Assembly: GCA_032718475.1 (NCBI GenBank)
Contig: JAUCBJ010006713.1
Span: 36,899-100,898, forward strand
Reading direction: 5' to 3'
Origin: Nemertoderma westbladi
Taxonomy: Eukaryota > Animalia > Xenacoelomorpha
DNA: 64,000 nucleotides
The notes beneath the pieces were generated by a model, which searched no databases, had not been told where the DNA came from, and was given only the letters and a program-made list of their open reading frames with translations. Shown here piece by piece: positions 1-12,884 of this stretch. Numbering within the stretch: position 1 is the first letter of the stretch; each line of letters begins with the position of its first letter. The translations under genes and the position numbers were made by a program.

Positions 1-1143
1 CTGTATAGCTAATCGAGCGTTTATTTGCCGCGCCTCCAACTTGGCCCGAGCGTCGGATGCTGCCTTTTTCCGTGCTAACTCGTCAGCTGCCGCCTGTCGT
101 GCTAACTCGTCGGCTGCCGCTTCTCGCGCTAAGTCCTCCTCCAGTCTCCGCATCTCTGATGCTTCGAACTCAGCCTGCGCTTGAAGTTTCGCAAGTTTCG
201 CTACGTCTTCTCTACGCTGTCTTTCTCCTTCCATCGCAATCTGCGCCAATTGTCGTTGAGTTTCTTCCTCGGCGACTTGTTGTCGGCGTGCAACCTCCTG
301 TTGTTGTTGAGTAATTCCAGACGCTGTTCTACTAACGTCGCCAACGTTGCCAACGTCGCTCCGTACGCTAACGAACGATCTATCCAGTGGTGGATGTTGG
401 TAGGCTCGCGAGCCTTCCGTAGTGAGAACTTCCGTCGTCCCTCGCGGTTCGACTTCCGGTTCGTCGATCGGTACGCCGCATCTACGAAGAAAATTGGTCA
501 GCGTTTCCAACCTTCCGTCCAGGCAGTAGAGTTCTTCTTCCTCTTCGGGTTGTAACAACGCGTCCGAAACTGACTCACCTAGCAGTTGGTCGAACTGCTC
601 CTGTTGAGCCAATCTTATCACCGACTTAAACTGGATAAGGCTTTCTCTCGCACTTACCAATTTATCTACTATCTTTACCTGAGTAAAGTTGTCACCACGC
701 AACTCTGCAAGTTCGTACAAACCTTTTAGTTTATCTACGGAGGCATGTACCCTACTTTCTATTCTTACCTGTAAGGTGTAGAACTCGTATCTCGACATCG
801 GGGCGGTTAACTCGCGTAAAACGCGAAAACCTTCTCCGAGGTTCCGAGTAATCTGGGCCATGTGTCCTCCTATACTTCTAATAACGTTCTGCTGGCTTCC
901 AGTCGAACTTACCATGTCCGGTTCCCGTGATCTAGTCTGCGGGACGGTAAGGAAATCTTCGATTCTGCCGTCGCCACGCGTTGCGGCTTCCGGTATTTCC
1001 GTTCGGGGTACCGGCGACGCAAGCGGTGTGACATCGGTGGAATCTCGGGTTCTCCTTCTCGGTTCGTCTACTGTCGATCTGTCCGGGTCGCACGAGTCAT
1101 AGTCGGTAGGTGGGTATCTCGTCGAATGGGGTGTGTCACTCAT
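1..1143 (-). CDS. Gag(-Pol) N-terminus of the LTR retrotransposon, 381 codons, 3'-incomplete (MSDTPHSTRYPP...AAADELARQAAADELARKK...)
   Basis: Manual translation from the ATG at 1143 found no stop before position 1; it is absent from the ORF track because no stop lies in the window. Coiled-coil-like E/A/R-rich repeats. Confidence 0.7.
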   Translation of the reverse strand, partial: MSDTPHSTRYPPTDYDSCDPDRSTVDEPRRRTRDSTDVTPLASPVPRTEIPEAATRGDGRIEDFLTVPQTRSREPDMVSSTGSQQNVIRSIGGHMAQITRNLGEGFRVLRELTAPMSRYEFYTLQVRIESRVHASVDKLKGLYELAELRGDNFTQVKIVDKLVSARESLIQFKSVIRLAQQEQFDQLLGESVSDALLQPEEEEELYCLDGRLETLTNFLRRCGVPIDEPEVEPRGTTEVLTTEGSRAYQHPPLDRSFVSVRSDVGNVGDVSRTASGITQQQQEVARRQQVAEEETQRQLAQIAMEGERQRREDVAKLAKLQAQAEFEASEMRRLEEDLAREAAADELARQAAADELARKKAASDARAKLEARQINARLAIQ

Positions 1144-3714
1144 GTCTTATTATATACGTCAAGTACGGGTAATAAAATGTCAAGTGTCTGAATGTTGAGG
1201 TGTCAAACTTACCTTGGTATATATAGCTATATACCCTAACCGGTACAAATAAATCAACAAGTCAGAATGTCGAAATGTCAAAATGTCGAAATGTACAAAT
1301 GTCAAACTTACCTTGATATATATATATATCATATATATACCCTAACCGGTACAAATAAACTAACAAAGTATATAATAAAATAAGTAGTAATCTAGCCTAC
1401 CGGCTAAATTTGTACGAATAAGTGAGATAACGGTATACATTAACAAAATGTAGATCAACAAGTATAAACAATAGGCCAAACAGCAACGTCTAACGGGAAA
1501 ATATGTACCAACAACACTACTAATAGACAGTGAAACCCACAAATTTTGAGTACTACTGTGCTTTCTTAAGTTTGAACGACGCGAGTCGTAAAACTTACGT
1601 TCCTTTGATCTTCCAGTCGTACAAATTCCCAAATACAAACCGGACGTGGGTCTTTCCGTTTTTCGGCGGCGCGGACGAATTTATTGTCTCCCAAACTTTG
1701 CGAAAAGCGGTCTAATCCTCGAAGCGGTCCAGAAATGAGTCCTTGAGTCCTGAAAAGGTCGAAGGTGAGAGTTTTACTTCTACGCTTACGAAAAATCTTC
1801 CTAGGTACCGTTACAAATTGGTCTTTAAACCCTATGTACCTTTTCAAGTACCGAAAAGTAACACCGCACACACACGGCGTAAAACAAAGTGCTACAAACT
1901 AACTGTTAGCTAGTCAAATATTAAATACGAAAGTACTAGCTACCCTAAAAGCCTACTGAAGCAGGGGACGTTCTAAATTACTAAATTTACTAACCTTAAA
2001 TTTTAAATATCTCCTACTTTCAATAGCTAGCAATTCTAAACTATACTATACGCTACGGCGGAAATACTATATACTAATTTATATAAAATACTTCCTACTG
2101 TAAGGGTCCAGTAGTATACCGCTTACCAGATCCTAGTAACGATGTATCTTACTATGAGACTCTAGTAATGTATACGGGCTTGTACAGTATCTGACAACAA
2201 ATCCCAGTCCAGGATATCCAAACAAACAGATATAGTACACAAACGACTACTGGCGAGGAACAGAGCCTTGTATCTATTCTATGTACGTGAGCGGGTCTAA
2301 TGCCTACGTACTAGACAGAAGGATACCTGTCCTCTAACCGGTGAGGCAGATGTACAGTTACAGTAACAGACCAAACTCACGGGAAAACAATCCCCGCGCA
2401 GCGAATCCTAACTATCACTGACAGTCCTAAATACAGTAACTTGCCGCGGTGTGATTTATATGGGTTATATACGAACTAGGTGGTTAACAGACCTAGTGTA
2501 ACAATGCTGATCATCCCTGTCGAAATCAGCCTAAAGGTCGTGCCTAAATGTAACAATAACTGATCCCCCTGTACGAAATCAGTCTAAAAGGTCAGGCCTA
2601 AATGTAACAATACCGTTGTCCAGACAAACAACAGTTTAATAACGAAAGTGAAATACTCCTTATCTTGCCGCAACTAAATCAGATCCTAATTTTACAAATA
2701 CAGACAATTTCCACCTAAAGTAATGTATAGTACGCTATAGCTAGTAGAACTTTAAGGGCAATATGTTTTAGGGCGTGTGTGTGTGGGTGTGTTACAAATA
2801 AAACAATTTTGTGTAATTCCTTTTACTAGGTTTTAGTGATTTTCTGACTAAATGATACCGTGCGCTAGCTACTAAAATAAACTAGTCGCGTTTGTAGAAC
2901 TTTATACTCACGAATGACGTCAAAGCTCTCTCCTTCCTATCCACAACCCAATGGGCAACCACAGTGTTAGTAACTACACCCGTGATCGGCACTAATACCA
3001 GATTCTGGTTGTAAGATAAGAATAGGGGTTAATCGCTACCGTACGTTAGCTGATCTGGTATACTAATTTAATTCTAGAACTTTGTTGCTGCGGTAGTTAG
3101 CAGCAATACCTATCAGTACGTGGCAAGGCGCGGTAGGATATTAGTAAACCTCCCTAGGCCAAGCAGTGTGCCGGTAGCAGAAATGCTCCTTGCCTGATCA
3201 AATAGCTAACTCCAGACAGGGGGGGGGGGGGGGGGTACTAATGTACGTTCTACAAAGCGAACCGGTACCAAACAGTCAGTGCTATGAATCACTAAATTAT
3301 GGAACGTATGCTGTCCGTACCTAATATGTACTCGCGTACTGACGAATGGCAATAGTTCGCACCTGTAGGAAGTACAGGTTAACCCAGGGATTCGTAGGAC
3401 TTGACAAAGGGGGGGGGGGGTGTCTGGATATAATTATTTGATCCTAAATTTGCGGCGTCCAGTGCGGTGTCACGCTTACCCTGATCTATAGGTCTTACGG
3501 CGGGCAAGGGCGTCGAACAAAGTCGTACCTTCTCACAAAGCGGGCGCTGCATAGCAAGTGGAGTATTTCGAAGGGGCAAAGGGGGTGCGCGGTCGATCCA
3601 ATGTGGGCGCTAGCGTGTTCTGGACATCCCTTCCCTGCGTTGCTTACGGCCTAACGATCTAGGCTGCCATCTCCCTGATGTTCGGCTGTCCCGAAGTTGG
3701 ACCAAAAGAAAACA

Positions 3715-4502
3715 TGTCAGGAATTTGCAGTATATTTACAGTTTTACAAAAGGGTTTATCAAATAAAGTTTCAACAAGAAACCGAAATAAACTAATAACA
3801 ATTTAGGGCGATAACGAATAGTGTGCGTGATAACCGAAGGCAAACCGGCCTTTTATACTAGAAATTGCACATGGAAACTAAACAGAATTTTCCACAGCTT
3901 CACAATTGAGCAATGAAGTGCTTCGTGCCCTATGATTGGCCCAGCTCATCGTTCAACGCAGTCCGGCCCTTACACTAATCTGGGACATGGAATCCTAACA
4001 GAATTTTCCACTGCCTCACATTTGAGCAATAAGATAATTTATGCCCTATGATTGGCCTGGCTCATCATTCGCTACGCTGTACGCTTCTCATTGGCCTACC
4101 AATTAGCACCACACGAAAATAAATGGCCCCAAAATACAAATTTCCCGACTGGGATTCGAACTCGTAACCTATGTAATGTAACCAACGCCTTAACCATCTG
4201 ACCACTACGCCACGAGAGTACCTAAAGGTTTTATGTGTACAAATATGAATAGGCATATTACATTACTGTAACTCAATCAAAATACGTCGGATTTACGAAA
4301 GTTTTTACGTTAAAGTTAAACTACAAATGCTACCTTATAGTGAAATAATTCATCACTACTACTTAGTGCTATGTACTATCTACTACTATTACTTTCTACT
4401 ATCTTACTACTTATTTATTATTTGCTTGTTATTTATTTATATTTTTTATTTTATGTGTGGGAAGGGCGTCTCGCCCTCATTCCCACCCCCCCCAGTCCAA
4501 CA
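3715..4502 (-). repeat. Putative 5' LTR (788 bp) with a ~120-bp internal tandem duplication carrying CCAAT boxes
   Basis: Minus strand begins TGTTGGAC and ends CCTGACA; TATAAAAG at 3851-3858; duplicated blocks ~3845-3950 and ~3965-4068. The partner LTR is outside the window. Confidence 0.6.
4143..4217 (-). other. Degenerate tRNA-like sequence (Pol III A and B boxes) inside the putative LTR
   Basis: Minus strand TCTCG-TGGCGTAGTGG...GAGTTCGAATCCC-AGTCGGGA; 5' UCUCG can pair with 3' CGGGA; no proper anticodon arm. Confidence 0.5.
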
Positions 4503-7118
4503 TATTACATATTGGATGACTCAATAACCTAAGGGTGATTCTTCCAGCAGGCAATTATCCCACTGCCCCACTATAGGTCCTCCTAATCTTCGCCCCACTC
4601 TTCTTCTCAATTCCAACTCTTTTGGAATTGACCTTCCCTTCTCCTTCACCCTTAAGTCGGGTCTTTCAGTCATGTTACTAATCTCCTCGTTGTCGTCCCC
4701 TGGCGGAAAAATGCCACCCTTCATCTTGTCGTCATTTGGCGGTAGAATGCCGCCCCTCATGTCATCCTTGCTGGTACATGCCACCTCTGCTGGCCTCCCT
4801 TAATATGTGCGCGCTGGCATTAAAGCCCCCGATGACCCCCGGTCATCCTTCGGTACACGTAATGGGCAATGGCTTATCATTTAATGCCCCTTCGCACTCT
4901 GCCACCCCCTTATGCGTGTACAACATGCCCTCTCCCACTTTCCTGCCTCCTTTGTCACGTTTCATCATGGGCTTCTCTGCCCCTGGTCTAATCTTCCCAC
5001 ATCCTCTCCCTTTCCACCTTGTCTTCTTACTCGACCTCCTCCTCATCGGTATGCCTCTCAACTGGACCGGTGCTTGTTCCGGACATCTCTCTGGACACCT
5101 CGCCGTCCACTCTTCGCCATCCCCATACCGATACTCCCCATTCTCCTCTGCCCTCGGCATCGTCTCCCCAAACACTACCCTTGGTGCCGTTCCTGGCTGC
5201 TCGCCCAGCCTGATCGTGCCTCCCGCGAAATCCATCGCCGGCTCCTCGTGCACCCAGGCCCGCTTGCCGGGTTTATCCCAGAATGCGCTCGCCCCGCTGG
5301 CCGTCACCACTCTCCCGCCCACCCAGTCCGTATCTGAGTGGCCGATCCTCTCAATGGGTGGCATCTCCCCGAACTCATCGTCATCCTCCTCCCTCGCTAG
5401 GAGTGGATCCTGACCCGGTAGCCCGGTAGATCCACTGTGCCCCTCTCCGCCTCGGTTTCCACCCGTAACCTTCCACCCCTCCTGCTCCCTTGGTGTCTTC
5501 CTTGCAAAGTCGCCCTCAGAGCCACCTGGTATGGGCATCATTTGCAATCCCGATGTCGACTGTTTCGGTGATCCCTCCGTCCATCCCAGTTCCTCCCCCA
5601 GAAACTCGCCCGAGCTCCCTGATCCCCACCTTAGCTCATCCAAGTCCTGGGCTTCGAACCCATACTCCTTGTTTTCTTCCTCGGCCTGCTTCTCGTATGG
5701 GTCCTCCCCATCGCCTGTTTCTGGTTTCTCCTCTGCTCCCTCGTCCTCCACTTCTCTCATTGTACCTGCGAACATGCACCCTGAGGATTCCGACACGTTG
5801 AACGGAATTCTAGACTTGATTGGGCCGCTGAGTGTCTATCCAAATGGCGTGGAAATCGCCATTGGGCCTCTCTCTCCATCTTCGTCGAATAGGCATGAAA
5901 ACCTCCTGTGGGCTGTCGGGCAGTCCATTCCGACTATGAGAGATACTTTCGGGACGTCCAGTTTGGGCACGGAGAAATTGATATTGTCCAGGTAGTGGTA
6001 TTGTTCGACCTTGCTCTTCGTGGGTCGCCTGGCATTAATATTAATCGATTCTATTATTTGAATGGGATCGATGGTCGCCCCATAATCCCTGTCTGACGCT
6101 ACCGCTGATATTTTACAACGCCCCGTTCTCATCCTAAAGACTTCGTCTTTATTCGAGATAGTGGTTACCGCCATCTTACTTGGCCTCTTTTGTAACCCTA
6201 TCTTTTCGGCCACCCAATCCTCCATTAGCGTGAACGCTGACTCCACTATCGATCAACATTAATGTTGTAACTGATTAGCCCGTCCTCTCCTGTTATTCTC
6301 ACTGGTACTAATTCGAGTAGTACCATTCTCTTTCTCTTTGCTCCCATCGTGCTCATAGCCATGGTTTGGCCTCCAGTCTCATCGTATCCTATCGGTGTTT
6401 CTCTACACTCTCCGAATCTGTGTCCTTCCACCACGCAGCGATAACATCCATTTGTATCCGCGTAGGCTACCCGATCTTGTTTAGGCAACGCTTGCCAATG
6501 CTTACAACTCATGGTCTTATGGGTTCCATCTCTATGCAATTGACATTCGTATCCTGGATTGTAGCATTCCCTGTATAGCCCTTCACGTATAGCGCGTAGA
6601 TTCATATCTACCGGTTTAGTGTTTTGGTTATTTGGACTTGGCCTACTGGGTATGTTGGTATTATATTTGTTTGTGTTGTTATTTTGTTTCTGTCCCTGCC
6701 ACGGTGTGGCCCTACTCCCAACTAGGGTTCAACAGAAGGCACTTTATGGGGCCGAACCGAACCGAACCGAAGCAGGGCCAACTTCGGGCCGAACCGAACC
6801 GAATCCGAACCGAAGTTCAGAAAGTTAGCAAGTTATGGTCATAAATTCGTATTTACGTCACTATACTGGCTGACTGGCAGTGGCAGACTGGTACCTATTT
6901 GGTCTGCTGACTTAGCGAGAAAGCTATGATTAATTAAAAAAATAAATACTACAAAATAAAATGGCAATATTTACATTACTATACATTACTAACCTAAACT
7001 ACTGTATACTTACTGTATGCATGCACTTACTGTATGCACCACATTTTCACCCGTAGTAAGCCGTACAGTAGTGACATCAAATTTAGAAAACCTCACTAAA
7101 AGTACAGGTACAGTCGGA

Positions 7119-7245
7119 CAGTGGTGCAGACAATGGTGCAGACACTGGTGCAGACACTGGTGCAGACAGTGGTGCAGACAGTGGTGCAGACCGTGGTGCA
7201 GACAGTGGTGCAGACAGTAGTGCAGACACTGGTGCAGACACCTGG
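7119..7245 (+). repeat. 12-bp minisatellite (CAGTGGTGCAGA)n
   Basis: Direct tandem array, mirrored by the inverted array at 7874-8166. Confidence 0.9.
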
Positions 7246-7873
7246 TGAAAATACTGAAATACTAGAGTACCACAAAACACAATACCACCAGGCACTATTA
7301 TATTATATTTTATCATAGACTTTATTATCTACAAATATGCGAGTAACTACTGAAAGGTTCTACATGAAGTAGGGAGGACGTATGTAGTACAAGTCGGGGT
7401 GCGTGCTGGTGAATGTGCCCTGATTACAAATAATTAAAAGAGGTGTGTACGAAAGTAATTAATCGGTATTCCCGTTTTCATATAAACAATAATGTCTATA
7501 AATTGTAAGCAGCAATGTCTCCAAGGAATGAGTTTTAAGCGACAGTGTGTGATTGTTTTTACATGACCTACTTTATACAGAGTATGTTTAATTTGTTTAC
7601 CTTTACTGGAGCCACTGCTTATTACTGTATAATAAAACGAGCTCATTAAGTTATTGTCTCGTGCTGGGCAGCTGGGGATATACATTCACTAACTCCAGTA
7701 AGGTCTCAGGAATTCTTAGCCTGCGAGTATTCTTAGCCTGCGAGTATTCTTGGGTATTCTTAGCCCGCAAAACAATAACGTTTATTGTTTTGGTTCCCCC
7801 AATACTCCTCTGAAACTGTGAAACCTGCTCCTTTACTAACCTGCTCGCCCCTTTACTGTCTGTACCAGTCTGC

Positions 7874-8166
7874 CAGTGTCTGCACCACTGTCTGCAGCAG
7901 TCAGCAGTGTCTGCACCAGGTGTCTGCACCGCTGTCTGCTCCACTGTCTGCACCAGTGTCTGCACCACTGTCTGCACCTGGTGTCTGCACCACTGTCTGC
8001 ACCACTGTCTGCACCAGTGTCTGCACCATACTGTCTGCACCAGTGTCTGCACCACTGTCTGCACCACTGTCTGCACCAGTGTGTGCACCACTGTCTGCAC
8101 CATAGGTGTCTGCATCACTGTCTGCACCATTGTCTGCACCACTGTCTGCTCTGCACCAGTGTCTGC
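7874..8166 (-). repeat. 12-bp minisatellite (TCTGCACCACTG)n, inverse of 7119-7245
   Basis: Tandem array; source of spurious ORFs in the track. Confidence 0.9.
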
Positions 8167-10162
8167 TTAACGTTTACACTCCAAAATTAATTAGTACAAC
8201 GATGGACAGATTGATTAGTCTTACTGTCTTCTGGCAGTCTGGTCTTAGCTCAATCAGTCAATGTAATACTTGGAATATTTAGCAAAGTTTGCTCCGGGCT
8301 TCTGCAGTATCAATTGCAGAAGCCGAACCGAACCGAAATTGCCAAACTTCGGCCCGAACCGAACCGAAGCCGAAGCTTCTGTTGAGCCCTACTCCCAACT
8401 AACTGTGGACTAGCAGTCCCCTGTGTGGCCGTATGTGGTAGCGACTGTCTCACTCTCGGGAATGCACCTGCCGGATTATGTTCGGGTTTAGGCCTGTTGT
8501 ATTCAGCTTTCGGCGCCTTCCCCAAACTATCCTCGCTGTAGACTGGGTCTGTAATCAACTCCGCCTCATAGTTAAGGAACTTTGACATCTCTTCTAGGCC
8601 TGGCTCCGCACCCTTCTTCTCCCGGGTGGAGAAGGCGATCTTTCTCCATTTGTTTCTTAGCCAGATGGGTAGTGCCTGCGCTATTGTGGTGTATGTTATG
8701 TGTATGTTATTCGATGCGTTGAGTTTGTAGGGCGCATCCAGGGTCTTCAGCACAATCAGCGCCTTTTCGACTTTATTCGCAAAAGTCTTGATGCTGACAG
8801 GGTTATCCTGTAGTCCACCTGATGGTATTCCCCTCAAGGTTTGCCGTATGATCTTGGCAGGGTGTCCGAATTCCCTGTCTAGGGCCCACCATGCAGTCGT
8901 GAATCCACCCTCGATACCTTGATACTCCCTTACGATGTCGCACGCTGGGCCCCCTGTGTAAACTTGTAAATATTTTAGGCACTCCGCCTGTGTCAGGTTC
9001 TTTGTCAATATTTCGTTACTGTACATGCGTCGGAATTGCAGATATTCTTCCGGTCTGCTTCCATCGAATTTGAACGGCTCCACTGGTGGCAGCTCGAACC
9101 TGGTCTTAAGCGCATCGATGAGTGTTGCCATTCCCATCGCCTGTACTTCTAGTGGGCTTGATGGATGCTGTACAGACTCCCCTGCTGCTGTGTGCAGTTC
9201 GCCCGTCGGGCCTGTCGACCTCCTCTGCGTCGGATATATCATTGGGGGTAACGGTCCCCTCCATATCTCTGTATCACACGATCTATTCTGGTCCGAGGGG
9301 TTTGGGGTTTTTGCTCCTGGTTGAGTATATTGCTGATATTGTAATGGGAGAAAGTCCCCCCACCGGTGTTATATTTGGTATTGGGGTTGATGTTACCATG
9401 TTAGGGCCCATACACCTATCGGCAATAACTCCCCCCCTCTCCTGGGTATATGTTATGTCCTTGCATGTTATAGTCATACTGGTGTGCAGGTACCGGTACA
9501 GGCCTATCCACCTCTTGCCTACCTACCAGTATGTATGCCGCGACTTCCGGATCTAATCCCGTTGTCCGCGCTATCCTATCGCATACACTATCTCTTCCAG
9601 CATGGCCTATAGTCTGATAGTATGTGCAGTAAGGCCTACAGTATGTCCTGCAGTCTGCCTGTGTCCTTCCGGACCGAAGTTTAATCTTCTCGAATATTCC
9701 AAGAAGTCCTTCCCGCGACTACCGTACTCTCGATCGGCAGCTATGTCCCGTCGGGAAGTTTCTCTTCGATCCCCTCTCCTGTTCTCGTCCTCGCGCCGGT
9801 ACATCCTGTACCCTTCTCCTGGTGTGTGGTATATCTCACCAGGCTGCGTCTCTCCGGGGCGACGGCAACTCGTCTCCCTCTCTCCTCCGTAGTTGACGGC
9901 CGCCCTCCGCTTGGTCTACCGTATCGTCCCTCGTCATCGAATCCGGTGTGGCAGGCCAATACCGTCGTGTCACGGCCTCACGGATCGTTTGGTTGGTGTC
10001 GTCCGGGGTCCGCGGCGGCGTTCTCTCTCCCTCTGATAATCGGGGCTCCCTTTCGCTCATCTTCCTGTCTTTGCAGTCACAGTTTGTTGGCAGTTGGTCA
10101 GTTTATGACTGTGACGGGATCCTAAGATCCCGACCGGGTTAGATTCGTACGCGTCACCATTC

Positions 10163-10780
10163 TGCTGGCAGTTATGCTAAGTCGTTTTGGCCGAAGGCCG
10201 TTGGGGAAAACAATAGAGTTTCTGTTTCTCAATATTGATAGTCCAAACGATAATAGCACAATCGGTAAATCAGTAATGACACAGATATAATAGCAGAAAA
10301 TACACAGATTGATTGCTGTTGTTAGTGGCGGTGACGGTCATAAACTATGACCGGTCTGCAACTGAGTAACTAATGAACTGACCGGTAAATCAGTAGTGCA
10401 GAATAATATATGATTAACACACACGGATTTTGATTTCACCTCTTACTGTACTTGGCCCTCTGTACCCAATGGATGCTTTCCTATCTCTAATCATGTGCTT
10501 CCCTCCCCGCTATTGGCTAATATACTAATTGTCACTTTGGCACTCCCTGTGAGTGTTTCCCCCTGCTGCTAGCCTCTACTAGCTGTATTCCTTCCGAGGT
10601 GGTTTGACCTCTCACCTCTCTCTGTGGCTTCAGGGCTTGTGCCCCCCCCCCCCCCCCCCCCCCCCAATGTTGGTTATGAGGCGAGATTAATATTGGTAAT
10701 CTCGTATCCCCAACTTATTGGTGAAATGCCACTGGTCCCATTTTCTGGTGGGTAATGAAGTGGAATTGAATCCGCTTACA
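10163..10780 (-). repeat. Putative 5' LTR of the decayed Bel/Pao element
   Basis: TG...CA termini (minus strand TGTAAGCG...GCCAGCA), adjacent to a PBS-like TGGTGACGCG. The right boundary is inferred. Confidence 0.5.
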
Positions 10781-10914
10781 TATTGATCAAAGCTTGATTG
10801 GCAGATTGCATTTCTCAATATTATATTTTATACAGCATTGATAGATCAGTAGATACCAGTCTGCTGGTAAGCCTAAAACAGTACAATATATTAAAATAAT
10901 CGATTTGATTTTTG

Positions 10915-11980
10915 GGGTAAATCTTTTCGACCTATGCGTAGCTACGCGTAGTTTGTAACTTCCATTCCTGTCATTTACCGGTAGGGCCAGACTTACTGCC
11001 TTTTTAACAACTACGCGTAGGTGTTTTAAAACTACGCGTAGTTATTTTGGAACTACGCGTAGGTATTTTGAAACTACGAGTAGGTGCTACGCGTAGCAGT
11101 CCTGATAACAATGATTTTTCATTTCAGGTCCGGTAGGGTTGAGTTGTTAGGCAAGTATCGGTATATGTCAGGTATCTGATTATCAGACAAATGTAATAAC
11201 AGAATCGGAAACTCATATCTCTACATACAGCACTGGTAATAAATAATATTCGGCTCTTTCACATACAAACACAGGATGAATAAAAAGTAGACTTAAAATT
11301 CACGTCTCATGATTCAAAGTAAGTTGTTACCATTGGATTATTTAAATATTCTACAGTAGTAAGCTACCAATCTACCGGTGAAGTGGTTAAACAAAAGCTG
11401 ATAAATACTGCATATAATTCAATTGTTTGGTCAAATAACAAGTGCAACCAATCATGGTAGACAATTTAGTCTCCCCCTTCCCTTGTCAAGGGGTTAACAT
11501 ATTAAATATATCCTTGCCCTATCGTGAACAAAGGCAATAAAAAGCATAGAGAATCGATAAGAACCATCGGCCTATTTCCTTTGTAAACTATTTTTGAACT
11601 CTAAACATTATTACCGGTAACACATTTTAGCACCCACAACGCATGAAGTGAAGAATATGTAGTCTTAGCGTATTCCTCTATATAGAGTATACAGGTATAG
11701 GATGCATTACTGTTGAAAGCATTTGATGGTTGTGGGTTGTTTATTGAACATACCGTATTGTCTTATTTTAGTACTGACTCTCTTGGAATACGTAGGCCTA
11801 CTAATGATAAACGACGTATAGGCATAGTTATGGGTAGCACCTATGCGTAGTTAGACGTAGCACATATGCGTAGGTCGCGTAGGACCTACGCGTAGTTAAT
11901 GTTAAAACTCTGAAACTGGTGATATATGACCCAATGTTGCGAACTACGCGTAGCTACGCGTAGGTTGAAAAGATTTACCC
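10915..11980. mobile_element. MITE-like element with long TIRs and CTACGCGTAG palindromic subterminal repeats
   Basis: GGGTAAATCTTTTCGACCTATGCGTAGCTACGCGTAGTT is inverted at 11942-11980. Flanks TGATTTTTG/GCGTTTTTG may be a decayed 9-bp TSD. Confidence 0.75.
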
Positions 11981-12278
11981 GCGTTTTTGTTATAAATATT
12001 AGTCAGTCCAGCAGGCAGCAGGCAGGCAGCAGGAGTCCAGCTGCCAGCAGTGAAGTTTTATTGTTGGCTTACTGGCTTAAAGTTAAGTACAGAAACTCTA
12101 AAGTCTTTAGTCAGTGGGTTTCATGCATAGAACCAAAATATTTTTGTCATCAGAAATTTAAAAAAAACAAGCAATTTGGCTCTTTTTTGTGATCAAAAAC
12201 CTAAAAACCTAGTTTTAGACTTTTTTCTAATTTTAGGTTTTTGACAAAAATCGACAAAAACCTAGGTTTACAAAAACC

Positions 12279-12884
12279 GGGTACTACGAATTACCCAAAA
12301 AAAACACAAAAATACACAAAAAAACACAAAAAATTACACAAAAAAAACACAAAAATACGCAAAAAAACACAATATTACCCAAAAAAACTACCCAAAAAGA
12401 CAAAAAAAAAATGTTTTTCATAAACAATGCATCTACATTCTACAATAAGATTTAGGTTAATTGTAAGAAGAGTTTCACTTTTCAGTTTTCAATTTTCACT
12501 TTATTCAAAATATTACATTTTGTTCATTTGAAGATTCCTTTAATGACCTACTGCCACCGGTTTACCGGTAAGCCTACCCACCCAGACTGCCAGACAGCAT
12601 ACAAAATCAGATTTCTTAATTAATGGAAAGGAGCAGGTTACAGTAGCAGGCTTTTCTAACCAAAACAATAAACGATAACCAAAGAACACAGGTTACAGTC
12701 TTATTTTTCCAACCCTATCACCTATAGGATATAAATTATTCTTGTCTTTTTGGGTAAGTTTTTTGGGTAATATTGTGTTTTTTTGTGTTTTTTGGGTAAA
12801 TTTTTGTGTTTTTTTGTATTTTTTTGTGTTTTTTTGTGTATTTTTGGGTAATTTTGTGTTTTTTTTGGGTAATTCCTAGGACCG
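12279..12884. mobile_element. MITE with A-rich/T-rich inverted arms and an 8-bp TSD
   Basis: GGGTACTACGAATTACCCAAAA / TTTTGGGTAATTCCTAGGACCG; TSD CAAAAACC on both sides. Confidence 0.75.

Larger units (their letters stand above)
1..4502 (-). mobile_element. 5' part of an LTR retrotransposon (probably Bel/Pao): 5' LTR, ~2.6-kb leader and gag N-terminus running off the window start; abuts and probably interrupts the older element to its right
   Basis: LTR-like 3715-4502 with TG...CA ends, a minus-strand TATAAAAG and a TGGTCC PBS-like motif ~10 nt downstream. A minus-strand ORF starts at 1143. The layout (MSDT start, Ala/Glu/Arg coiled coil, long leader) parallels the complete element at 30096-47674. 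Confidence 0.7.
6723..8391. mobile_element. Non-autonomous hAT-type DNA transposon (MITE) inserted in the gag gene
   Basis: TIRs TAGGGTTCAACAGAAG / CTTCTGTTGAGCCCTA; exact 8-bp TSD CTCCCAAC (6715-6722, 8392-8399); subterminal CCGAA repeats. Confidence 0.9.
5836..10060 (-). pseudogene. Disrupted gag-protease region of the decayed Bel/Pao element
   Basis: ORF fragments 9836-10060, 9607-9804, 9283-9477, 8310-9242, 6246-6605 and 5836-6246 are collinear and separated by stops, frameshifts and the MITE. Confidence 0.75.
4503..10780 (-). mobile_element. Decayed Bel/Pao LTR retrotransposon (LTR ~10163-10780, frameshifted gag, zinc knuckle, aspartic protease), interrupted by a hAT-type MITE
   Basis: DUF1759-like gag (FDGSRPEEYLQF...LQVYTGGPA...ALDREFG, 8310-9242), CYRCVVEGHRFGEC knuckle, LIDSG protease, Pao-typical AISTPFGW, and a PBS-like TGGTGAC 3 nt after the LTR end (GCCAGCA). 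Confidence 0.8.

Noticed and set aside
7017-8190. Cys/His/Trp-rich repeat ORFs
   Set aside because: Translations of the 12-bp minisatellite in several frames.
10642-10665. Long C/G homopolymer runs here and elsewhere as G-quadruplex elements
   Set aside because: Scattered through TEs and introns with no consistent context, and their lengths may be unreliable.
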